Of a DNA stretch of 64,000 nucleotides, positions 26,285-36,958 are shown piece after piece; position 1 is the stretch's first letter, and the number at the start of each line of letters is the position of its first letter. Source of the DNA: Hyaloraphidium curvatum SAG 235-1 (lineage: Eukaryota; Fungi; Monoblepharomycota); NCBI GenBank assembly GCA_025558095.1, contig JAIVFI010000002.1, forward strand, positions 744,001-808,000, in the 5' to 3' direction. The position numbers and the translations under genes are program-made. The notes beneath the pieces were generated by a model. That model did no database searches and was not told where the DNA came from. It was given only the letters and a program-made list of their open reading frames with translations.

Positions 26285-27430
26285 ATGCCCACTTCCTACG
26301 ACCCGGCGCCGTTTCCGTACCCTCTTCCTGGACCCAAGCCTCCTCTGCCCGCTCCGGGTTCATTCCTTTCCGCAGTCCGGGAGTCGTGTCGCGCCGTTCT
26401 CGAGATCTCTGCTCCGGACATTTCTATTTCGGACGATGCGGCCATCGACAACTTGATTCGCGGGGTCGATCGGGGAGCATGGAAGTCCTTCACAGACGTG
26501 GACCCTCTCCGCGTCCCTCTCAAGTTTGGGTCTCTAAAGGAGGAGCTCGGGTTCGTTGCCCTCCTGGCTAGCCTTCAGATTGGCTCGGGGTACCGCAAGG
26601 AGCTCAAACGACACACGGGACGGGGGGCCGCGGAGACGATTACTTTTGGGTGCTTCGCTTTATTTTTGTCGGGGCAACAGCCGACGTCCAAATGGATGTC
26701 TTCGGTTTCCAAGAGGGAAGTTGCGGACATCTGGAGCCTGCCGTACGATGTGGAGGTTCCGCACGAATCTCTCGCCGGAGTTTACGTTTCTCAGCGCTCC
26801 GATGTGGCCGGACTTGTGGATCTCTTGCACTTCCTCATCCACGACCTTGGCTCGGGCCTTGCCGCCTCGGGGTTTCCGGACCTCGCGAGCTTTGTTCTGG
26901 ACGCTGTGAAGCCCTCCCCGGGGGCGCGACCGAAAGCTGCGCGGCTCGTCGAGGCCCTCGTGACCGCCTTCCCCGGCTTTCAGGACATGGCCAGCTGGAA
27001 GGGACAGCCCGTGTACCTGTTCAAGCGGGCCCAGCTGCTCGCGGCAGAGTGCTTCAAGGCGTTCCGCAAGAAGGCACCCGAATCCTTCGATTTCGACGAC
27101 ATCGCCGAGCTGACGATCTTTGCCGACAATGTCGTGCCGACGGTGCTGATCGCCGAGGACCTCATCAAAATCTCGCAGCGCGTAGCTGAAATGATCGAAC
27201 GCGGCGCGGACATGGGGCTGCCCCCCGAGGTCCTCGACCAGATCGATACCCGCCTGCGTGCGGCTGCTGTGACGGTTTGCGAGCGCATCGTCGAGCGAGC
27301 GGGAGAGCTGGGCTTTGACTCGACGGAGGCGGTGCCGATGCAGGTCGATTACTACCTTTGGAAGCTGGGAAAGGAGGCGAAGTACAGGCCCCTGAACCGC
27401 CCGGTCAACAAGCAGACTTGTATGTACTGA
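26285..27430 (+). CDS. Queuosine salvage family (DUF2419/QNG1-like) protein, single exon
   Basis: FPGFQD, YLFKRAQL, FDDIAELTIFADNVVP, LRAAAV, VDYYLWKLGK, terminal ..MY. Confidence 0.8.
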   Translation: MPTSYDPAPFPYPLPGPKPPLPAPGSFLSAVRESCRAVLEISAPDISISDDAAIDNLIRGVDRGAWKSFTDVDPLRVPLKFGSLKEELGFVALLASLQIGSGYRKELKRHTGRGAAETITFGCFALFLSGQQPTSKWMSSVSKREVADIWSLPYDVEVPHESLAGVYVSQRSDVAGLVDLLHFLIHDLGSGLAASGFPDLASFVLDAVKPSPGARPKAARLVEALVTAFPGFQDMASWKGQPVYLFKRAQLLAAECFKAFRKKAPESFDFDDIAELTIFADNVVPTVLIAEDLIKISQRVAEMIERGADMGLPPEVLDQIDTRLRAAAVTVCERIVERAGELGFDSTEAVPMQVDYYLWKLGKEAKYRPLNRPVNKQTCMY

Positions 27431-27523
27431 CGGCGATCGACCGATTTAAAGAGGCAGAACGGACCCGGTGGTTGACGCCTCGTACTCTTCGGTGATGCGA
27501 CCGCGCCGACGCGATCATCAACA

Positions 27524-29995
27524 ATGTCTGGCCGCCGCCTCACGGTTGCGGTCCTTACTGTCAGCGACCGAGCTGCCTCCGGGTCCATCAAGGACGAAGG
27601 CGGCCCCGCCGTCCTGGACGAGCTGAAGACGCAGCCGGGGTGGGAGGTGGTCCAGACAAAGATCGTGTCGGACAGCGTCTCGGAGATCCAGGCCGCGATA
27701 AGGGCGTGGACCGACGATTCTTCCACCTGCGTTGGGCTCGTCATCACTACTGGAGGCACCGGATTTGGCGTCCGCGATGTTACGCCCGAGGTGTGTGTAA
27801 GCGGACTACTGGGCTGCACCACATGATATGTCTCCCAGGCGGTCTTGCCGCTGCTGGACAAGCTCGCTCCGGGCTTGCCGATGGCCATGATGAACGAGTC
27901 GCTCAAAAAGACGCCTTTCGCGGTGCTGGCGCGTCCGGTGGCGGGCGTGCGCCGGGGAACGCTGGTCATCACCCTCCCCGGGAGCCCCAAGGGCGCGAGG
28001 GAGAACCTGCGGGCGGTCCTCGCGGTACTGCCGCATGCAATCGAGCTGGCACAGGGCGATTCGGGGCAGGCGGTGCACACGAAGATGGCCTCGAGGGCTG
28101 AGGCATCGGACGAACACGACTGTTCCGCTGCCGACAGCTACGTGCCTCCCGGAGGGCATACCCGGCCCCAGGAACGCTCGGATCACTCTCACGATCACTC
28201 TCACGATCATGGTCACGATCATGGCCACGACCATTCGCACCGTTCGGGCCACGCGCGTCGCAAGGAAGCCAACGGCCTGCACGTCCCCGTTGCGCGGCGC
28301 CCCCGGACGTCGCCGTACAAGCTCTTTACGGTGGACGAAGCTCACGCCACGATTGCCAAGTTCTCGCACCAGCTGCCTGTGATTCGGCGCAAGGTCGACG
28401 AGAACCTCCTGGGGCACGTTGTGGCGGAGGATGCCGTGGCGACCGAAGACGTGCCGGGCTACCGGGCCAGCATCGTCGACGGGTACGCCGTGATAGGTAG
28501 CTGGAGTCTGTCCGCAAAGGTTGCCTTTGCTTACTACGGAGCCGACTGCAGCCTCGGACGGCCCAGGCGAATATCCGGTGCTGGCACCGAGCACCGCCGG
28601 CGGCCCTCCGGTCGACTCCTACACCCTCCAACCGGGCCAGATTGCTCGGGTTACGACCGGCGCTCCGGTTCCGCCCGGCACGACGGGAGTGGTGATGGTG
28701 GAGTACACGACGGTGGAAAAGGCCTCGAGCGACGGACAGGTCGAGGAGCGCGTGCGCATCCACGAGCCCGTGGAAGAGGGCGAGAACATCCGCGAGGTCG
28801 GGGTGGACTGCAAAGCTGGAACGCTGGTCATGCGCAAGGGGGAAGAGATCACCCTCGTAGGAGGCGAGATCGGGATCCTCGCGAGCGTTGGGCTGGCAGA
28901 GGTTTCGGTGTACCGGCGGCCACGGGTCGGCGTGCTTTCGAGTGGGAACGAGGTCGTGGACATTGCCCAGCAGGAGGGACTGCGATACGGGCAGGTGCGG
29001 GACACCAACCGGCCGTCGCTGATCGCCGCACTACGGGCCTGCGGTTTCGAGGCGGTCGACCTCGGTATCGCATCGGACGAGTGGGTGCACCTGCCGTGTC
29101 TCGCAGGCTGCTGTTCACCGCCCCCTGCAGTGCGGACTCTCTCGCAGCGTCGATCTCGGCCGCGATCGGACCCGATGCCGCGGCCGATCGGGCCTGTGAC
29201 GTGCTCATAACGACAGGGGGCGTTTCGGTGAGCTCGATAACTGTGCTCTAGGTTTCCTCTGTTGACTTGCTCCCCAATCTCGCAGATGGGAGAGCTCGAT
29301 CTCCTCAAGCCAGTCTTGGAACAGCGGCTTTCCGGCACCATCCAGTTCGGTCGCGTTCAGATGAAGCCAGGGTGCGTTCACCCCGTTCGGTGCCATGCCC
29401 CGGTCCTGACACTGCCCCAGCAAACCAACGACTTTTGTGACCGTGCCGGGCAAGTCGCCTGCGGATCCGCCGAAGCTGGTCTTTGCGTTGCCCGGGAACC
29501 CGGTGTCGGCCCTTGGTGCGCATGCCGAGCCGTTTTTGTCGTCGGCACCGTAACCGACCGCTCTTTCCAGTTACCTTCTACGTCTTTGTCCTCCCTGGGC
29601 TCCGCAAAATGGCCGGCCACGCCCGCCACCACCTTCCGACGATCAAGTGCCAGGTGGGTCAGATTAGCCCATCAGCCCCGGCATCATTTAACTTGTCCTG
29701 ACAGCTTGCGCACGACGTGAGGTTGGACCCGCGACCAGAGTACCAGCGGGCCTTTGTGGGCTTCGAAGGCGGGAGCCTTGTTTCATCCACGACCGGGGTG
29801 CAGAGGAGCAGCCGCATGGTCGGTCCAGCAAACTCGCCTGCCTTGATCGATAACGCTGACGCTGACGGCGACCCGCAGCTGAGCATGAAAGGAGCCAACG
29901 CGCTGCTGGTTCTCCCGGCGATCGAAGGGGACAAGAAGAGCCTGGCCAAGGGGTCCACGGTGGACGCGATGCTGATCTCGGCGCTCGGGACCTAG
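27524..29995 (+). CDS. Gephyrin/CnxE-type molybdenum insertase (MogA G domain + MoeA E domain)
   Basis: VAVLTVSDR, VITTGGTGFGVRDVTPE, TLPGSPKGAREN, ASIVDGYA, VTTGAPVP, VLSSGNE, ITTGGVSMGELD, MKPGKP, FALPGNPVS, LDPRPEY. Confidence 0.95.
28181..28240 (+). repeat. 12-bp coding tandem repeat encoding His-rich linker DHSHDHSHDHGHDHGHDHSH
   Basis: GATCACTCTCAC twice, followed by degenerate copies. Confidence 0.9.
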
Positions 29996-30060
29996 GCGGT
30001 GTAATCTGCGCGCGCGCTGCGACACATGGAACCGCCTGGCCGCAACTGCGACGGCCGCAT

Positions 30061-31397
30061 CTACGATCTCAAGCCGCCGTGACCATTGGACTGGGCCTTC
30101 GCACCTCCAGCCCGTTTCCGCTCCTGGTGCTCCTTGTACGTCAGGAACATGACGACCGCAAAGAACGCCAGCACAAGCGCGAGGGTGGTGAACTCTGGTG
30201 GCCGCGGCTCGAGGAGCGGCAGCGTGGCGACCTCCTCGACGGCGCCACCCCGCGGCAGGTCCGCCGGCAGGTCTTTCAAGACGTCGGCCAGGTCCGCTTC
30301 CAGCTCCGCCGGGTCCGGGTCGCTCAGCGGGTACCCCGCGTGCGTGAGCTCGACGTTGGTCACGCCGCCGAAAAAGTCCGTGATGAGCACGCGGTCCAGC
30401 GCGCGCGAGAGGTTGTTGCGAAAGCCGGGGTCCGAGTGGATGAGGGCGGGGTCGTACGTTGCAAACTGCACGGTGGACAGGGTGAGCCAACGGCGGTTGT
30501 GCTGCGAGGAGAGGTCAACCCACGAGCTGCTGCAGCGTGTCGTGGCTGTCGAGGTCCAGGCGCTCCAGCGTCTCCAGGTTGTAGTATGTAAAGCGGTCGA
30601 TGACGGCGACGCCAATATCCAGGTCCGTGTGGTGCGAGTACGAGTTCTGGCCGACCCTGCTGCTCCCCGTGGCCACGATGTTGGGCGTGTATATCCGCGA
30701 GAAGAGCGAGCTGGCCTGGCACGTGTCTGCCATGAACATGATCTCGTTGTACCTCCGCTTCTCCCACATCTGCTCGAACGCGTCGGCGATGTCATAGCTG
30801 CTGATCTCCTCGTTGTCCTGGAACTTGAGGAACTCCTCGCCGCCGTGGCCGGTCATATACACGAGGATGTTGCTGCGTTCGTCCGTCAGGAGGCGCTTGG
30901 AGCGCGGCACGTGCTCCTCGTGCCGGCCTGCTCGACACCCCCGTTACTGGCCGGACCGGCGAGGGAGGCAACGCGGCAGGCAACCCACCGGTGAGCAGGC
31001 GGATAAAGTTCTCCACGGTGACCTCGTAGCCGCGGTAGTCGACCTCGACGTTGTCCCCGTACAGGTCGACGCGGCGCAGCGCGTCCGCGCTGTTGAAGAC
31101 GGTGGCGGGGAACTTGTTTCGCGGGTTGCAGGCGACGTCGTCCGCCAGCATGAGCAGGATGCGCTCGTCGGGGATGCCGAGCCGCTTGACGGTGCGGTAC
31201 ACCGACAGCGTGTTTGCAATGTGCCTGTAGTTGAACCAGAAGCGCGACGTGTCGACCAAGACCGCCCAGTTACTCGTATGGCTCGAACCCTGGGATCCGA
31301 AGAATCCGCCGATCGCCTGCAGGTTCGCGGCGTGCGAGCGCGGCGGCGCGTAGTCCGGGTGCCTACAGGCCGCGGCAGAGGGCGCCGGGGCGTCCAT
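30061..31397 (-). CDS. GPI8: GPI-anchor transamidase catalytic subunit (peptidase C13)
   Basis: [53 protein letters not shown]-terminal TM helix. Confidence 0.96.
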
Positions 31398-31530
31398 TGC
31401 CCCGTCGCGCGGTGTGTTTTTTGCGCGGTGTGTTTGGTGGGTCGGAGGTCCGCGGAAGGGGCAGCCAGGTGCGGTGCAGCGCGTTCCGGAGGGACACGAA
31501 CGCGTCTGGGAGGCATCCCACCGCGCGATC

Positions 31531-33107
31531 ATGTCGGCTGCGAGTTCGGTCCTCGAGGCCACCCGTGCACGGATGCAGAGGATGAACGACCATCCGCGGC
31601 CGCCCGACGCGGCCCCGCCGGCGCCCGAGCCCCCGCCGGCCCCCGAGCCCGCGCCGCCCGCGCCGCCCGCGCCGCCCGCGCCGCCTTCCGCACCCGCGCG
31701 GTGGGGCCTCACGTCGATGCTGTGGGACTTCTTCGCGGGGCCGCCGGCGCCGCTGGGCGGCATGCCGGACGCGCCGCTCGACGCCGCCGCGCCGCAGCTC
31801 TCCGTGTCGCCCGCCGTGCCGCCCGCCGCGCCCGACGCCGGCCTCGAGCCCGTGGCACGCCGCGCATCGCTCCTCGACGTGGCGCTGGACTTCCTCGGCT
31901 CCTTCGTCGACCCGTCGCACGGCGACGCCGGCGAGGACGTCGACGGCGCAGGCGACGCCGTCGTCTCGGACCTGGACCCCAACGGCTGGCCGACTTCGTT
32001 CGCGTCGCTGTCCGACGCAGAGCCCGAGTCGCCCGCATCGCCCGCGTCGCCGCCGTCCGCATCGCCGCCGACGGCCCCGCCGGCCTCGCCGCCAAAGGAG
32101 CCGGCGCGCGCCCTGACGCGCGAGGAGGAGGAGGCGCTCAAGCTCGAGGAGGAGATGAACGCCGTCGTGGAGCACATGGCCGAGGAGGACCAGGCCGCGT
32201 GGGAGCTGATCGAGAAGGAGGACCTGAAGCGCAAGGCGCGCGAGGGCTCCGACTACTACAAGCAAAAGTTCCGCGAGCACGCGGCCCCGAAAAGGATCGG
32301 GGCCCCGGCACAGGAGCTCTCGCAGGAGGACGCCGAGGCCGACGCGCGCTCGAAAAAGGAGCTCATGCAGATCCTGCTGAACACTCTGCCGCCGCTGCAG
32401 CTCGTCGGCCGGCGGCCCGACGTCGAGGCCGTCATCCAGGTGTCCCTCGCCGAGGAGCTGCGCAAGCACCTCCCGCTCATCCACAGGGAGGCCCGGAAGT
32501 GGACGCTGATCTACAGCCTGGAGCAGCACGGCATCTCGCTCTCGACGCTCTACCGGCTCTCGGCCGACTACGAGGGGCCCATCGTGCTCGGCATTCGAAA
32601 TACGATGGGAGAGGTGGGCAAGCGCGCGGCGTTAGCCGCGTTGATCCCTCATGGCGTACCGTTGTACCGCAGACGTTTGGTGCCTTTCTCACCGAGACGC
32701 TGATCCCGCGCGAGCGGTACTACGGCACTGGCGAATGGTAGCTTTCCCAGTCAGATGCCCGTTTGCCGGCGCTCATTGCTTGTTGCCAGCTTCCTTTGGA
32801 AGGCGCAGCAGAAGCAGGCGCCGTGGGACCTCAAGATCTTCCGGGCTACGGGCAAGAACGAGTTCATGATCCACACGGAGGCGTCGTTCCTGTCATTTGG
32901 CGGCGGGTGGGCCGTTCCGCGCACGCGGCCGACCCCGTCCGATCCTGACGGCTGCCCGCTTCCAGCGACGGAGTTTTCGGCCTCTGGCTCGACAACCAGC
33001 TCTACCACGGGCACAGCGAGCCCTCGAGGTCGTTCGAGAACGAGACGCTCTGCTCCAAACGGGACTTTCTCATCGTCGGCGTCGAGCTCTGGGGCTTTGG
33101 ACTCTAG
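31531..33107 (+). CDS. OXR1: TLDc-domain oxidation resistance protein with Pro-rich N-terminus
   Basis: [61 protein letters not shown]. Confidence 0.9.
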
Positions 33108-33246
33108 CTGCGCGGTCCCTCTCGGGTCTGCTATTGCTCATTCACTTCTGTACAGCACAAATCTTGAACATGAAGAGGTTGATCTGGATCACGTGCTCCC
33201 GTACGAGGCTCCGCGCCCTTCCCCGACGAGCCCTGCGAACCATCGA

Positions 33247-34047
33247 TCAGCGCTTTGGTAACAAGGACCCTCCGTCCAACCAACTTTCGTGCTCCGCCAG
33301 TAGCCCCTGCTCTCGGTGCTCGGCAGTCGGCATGTTGGAGTACAGTATGGCGGCCAGGATGAAGGTGAGACCCTGCAGCACGGCGACGGAGACCGCGGCA
33401 GCGATGATCCCGCCCTGGTACTTTTCGACGGCATGCAGCACCGAGTCGTAGCACGAGTCCTTGTAACCGAAATCGGGGCTGCGGACGCAGGCGTCCGGGG
33501 CCGACTTGGGGTAGGCGCGGTCGGTCGTGTCCTTGAGTCCGCAACACTGGAAGGTCTCCTGGATATCGCGGATGACGCGTGGAGATTGCTTCCACGCCTT
33601 TGTCCAGGACCGATCGACCAGGTCTGCGACGGAGCGCCTCGCGGAAAAGGCCGTGACCGTGAGCACCACCTGTCGCGCTGGTCAGTCAAGGCCCCCCGCT
33701 CACGACGACGAGGTATCCCACCTGGGCGAGAATGAGGATGCCGAACAGCACGACGAAAGAGAGTAGAACGGGCCGGTTGGACGCTGACACGGCCAGCAGC
33801 CCCAACCCTGTGACGACGGCGATGATGGCCCCGAGGACGATGAAGGCTGTGGCACCGGGTCAGGAAGGTGTCGCACACGGTTTTGGGTCCGCCCACCGGC
33901 AGGAATGTGGTTCTCCGTGATGAGGCCGCGAATGCTGTCGAATAGCGCTACCACCCCGAACCCGAGCAAGGCGAGGCCGCTCAGAAAGGCGAGAGTGAGC
34001 AGCGTGGCCGTCGCAATTCGAAGTCCGCGGTAAACAGAACTGTCCAT
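33247..34047 (-). CDS. Tetraspanin-like membrane protein
   Basis: Four hydrophobic segments; large loop with IQETFQCCG and further cysteines. Confidence 0.8.
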
Positions 34048-34407
34048 CTTTTCTGCGAGCGCGAGGGTTGTTGCGTCAGCGTTCGCGTCCCGGGCTTCTA
34101 CACAACTTGTGTCCGAAGCCTTTAGCGATCCGGTGCCCAAGCCCTTTAGCGATTACCACAGTTGTTCATCTTTCGACATAATGCGAGCTTCTTGTGCAGC
34201 TCCGCGCTTTCGTGGAGATCCTGCCGAACCATCGCTCGACGCGGTGACCGGGTCTTTTCCAAATCACAAATCGATTCGTTCGACGATACATGCGGATAAT
34301 GCGATAAGAAAGCAGCAAATGGCAGTGTCTTGGCCAGAAAGTCTGTTTTGGGAAGTCCGCCGGGCTCGAAAGTTGGCTCGAAAGCTTCCCGCGCAGAAGG
34401 AACCAGC

Positions 34408-35757
34408 ATGCTCCGACGGTTCGACCGCCTGCTCGGGGTGCCGTGGAGATCCTTGCCGCCTCAAGGCGATTACGACGGCGCCTTTTTCGTCAAGAGCTAC
34501 TTTGATGACGCGCCCTCGTACACGGTGTTGGTGACGGACCTGCGGACCCTGTGGGCAGAGGATGTGGACGCCGACGCGCTGGGCCTCAAGTTCGACAGTG
34601 CGCTCGTCTTCTCCGCATCACGGGTGTGAAGGAGGTCTGACGCACTGGCCCCCGCGGCCCACGTATTTGCCCTCGCTGAACGTCAGGCGGCGACCTCCGG
34701 GCCCTGGGAGACTCGGCCCGCAGAAAGACCTGCAAGGAGCTCGGCGAAACGCTTAAGATGCAAAAGCACGGAGCGCGATACCGTCTCTCGGAGCCTGAAT
34801 CGCAGGTATGTCTTTTCCCAGAATGAGCAGTGGTTGCGCGTTGATTCCGGCGCTCCGAAGGAGATGACCCTCCGGGTCGAGGTCCCACTGCAGGTGGCCA
34901 CGGCAGAATGGGAGTTTCGTCTGCGGCCGATTGGGGAGGCTCTCGGCACCGGCGCAGGGGTGGACTTGGGAGCAACTGTTCCGCGACTGTTCCACGCACA
35001 CGTTGTGGTCCCGCTGGCCGTGTTGGGCGAGGAGTACAAGAGGCGACTGCTGCGACTCGAGGAACTCTTGCGGCAAAAGGACAAAGAGCTAGAAGCCTTG
35101 CGGGAATCGGCGCTGGACCGTGACGGACCTGGGAAAGGTCTGCGTCATGGCGTGCCTCTGGTGACCTTCTGACAGTGGGCCAGCGCGAACGCAACCATTC
35201 GACAAGGAGGCCTTCCATCAGAAGATGCAGGAGGTGATCCGGGACTATGGAGGCAAAAGACGGCGTGTTAACAACTCGGCCTCAGGACTTGATGATGCCG
35301 GGCTACACTGTCCAAAAGCTGGGCAAAGCTCTGCTGGAGGGCCCCGATGCCAGGGTCAGATACGAGGAAAAGGTGCTTGACATCCAAGGTACAGAAGATT
35401 ACTCAGCTGGGCATGGGACATCGGAGCCTGAACGCTGCCTGCGTAGACCTCCATTTGGACCCCGATCCCGAGTCAAGCAGCGCGCGAGAGGCAGCAGACG
35501 GGGCAGAGCGGGCGTCAGCACGCCATGCGCGTGCCGACCGCGAAGCAACACCGGTCAGCAAAAAGAAGAGAAAGGTATGCAGGCCAAAAACCATTGGCCG
35601 AAGCAGCGACTCATTCGCGTCGCAGGACTTGTCGACCGAGGAGGAGGTCAAGGAGTCGGAGGTGAAGAAAAAGGAGCGCGAGACGATGCGGCTACAGAAG
35701 GAGCCGAATCGCGAGGCCAAGCGTAGAGAGCAGGAGCGCGCCAAGAAGTTTCGGTAG
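34408..35757 (+). CDS. XLF/Cernunnos (Nej1)-like NHEJ factor
   Basis: VPWRSL..FFVKSYF..YTVLVTDLRTLWAE head motif, WEFRL, coiled coil LEELLRQKDKEL, basic C-terminus. Confidence 0.65.
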
Positions 35758-35881
35758 CAGATGGAGGATGGCTTGTACACGGTTGAAGCCGCCCTTAACA
35801 CGGCAGTAAGGGTACGTCTGCAACGCATACTGCCATCTCTTTCCGTCGTCGCACCCTCGCGGCCGCATCCACCGGTGTTTC

Positions 35882-36293
35882 TTAGCCCCTTCGGGGGCCT
35901 CGGCCTCTACCCCGGCCTCTGCCGCCCCTGCCGCGGCCACGCCCGCGACCGGGCTTGTCCTCCTTCTTCTTCCCCTTTGGCTTCGGGGAGTCGTCGATCA
36001 AGAGAGTGTCCAGGGGCAGACTGTCCGGCAGGATGAAGTAGCGGATATTGCTCCCGCGAATAGACAGAGTGTCGAGCGTCACGGCATCGCGATTCCGCAC
36101 TGTCATTTTGACGGTCTTCAGGTGCGTGTTCATCCGCATATCCACGCCTGGAGCGGCGCGATGCGGGTCAGGACGCGAAGTGCGCAGCGGCGGCCAACCC
36201 ACTGGTCACCGTGCCGTGGACGACCGTGCCGTTCTTGAGCTCAATCGTAACCGTCTCGTTTCCGAGCTTCATCAAGAAGCGCGTGAGCCGCAT
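35882..36293 (-). CDS. SMD1: Sm protein D1
   Basis: [53 protein letters not shown] tail. Confidence 0.97.
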
Positions 36294-36406
36294 GTTTCGG
36301 CCCTATGCGTGCCGAAGCACTTTTCTGACGTTGTTCCTGCTGGCGAGTGAAAGCACGCGGCGTGGTCGACGAAATCAACACATTCGCGCCCCGTGCGAAA
36401 GACACG

Positions 36407-36925
36407 ATGTTCCAGGAGAGCAACGACCTTTTTCTCAATTCCCTTTCGACGATGTATCAAAACTCACGCGAGAAGGGGACCGTCTGGGTCACCATGAAGC
36501 GATGTGGGCATCCCGCCTTCTTCCGCGTCCTGAGCTGGTGATGAACCGGACTCTTCCTCATCAGATAGCTACATCAAGAAGTCGGAGAGGAGAAAGGAGG
36601 AGTCTGCGGCAAAAGGGCGCGATTCGGACGAGGACATGGAGGACGCGGAGGGTTCTTTGGCGACGGACGAAGGGAAGGAGTACCCCTGCATCGTGAGGGC
36701 TGTTTCTGGAAAGCGGAAGCTCAGTACGCTGGTGCGTTGGCCCTGGGATGATCCATGGGCCGTAGCTCACTGACCGCCGCTCGCTAGGTCCATCCGCCGG
36801 ACATGGACCGATTCCTGACAGCGCTTTCGAACCTGTCTCGGGTACACATGGACGCTTTGAAGAAGAAGGAGAGGGTCCGAGGAGCAAAACGGACAAAAGC
36901 GGTGAAGGCGCCAAAGTCGAGTTGA
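36407..36925 (+). CDS. SRP14: Signal recognition particle 14-kDa subunit
   Basis: NDLFLNSL..KGTVWVTMKR, CIVRA..KRKLST, HMDALKKKE. Confidence 0.88.
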
Positions 36926-36958
36926 CCTAAGTGGCGAGATCATGGTACAGTCTCTCGT

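Noticed and set aside
30792-32741. Long ORFs of 642, 480 and 388 aa
   Set aside because: Shadow frames of the GC-rich GPI8 and OXR1 genes, with Arg/Ala/Gly-rich non-protein-like composition (only the 3' part of the 480-aa ORF is real GPI8)
35882-35955. GC-rich repeat tract
   Set aside because: It is the ordinary RG-dipeptide tail of SmD1
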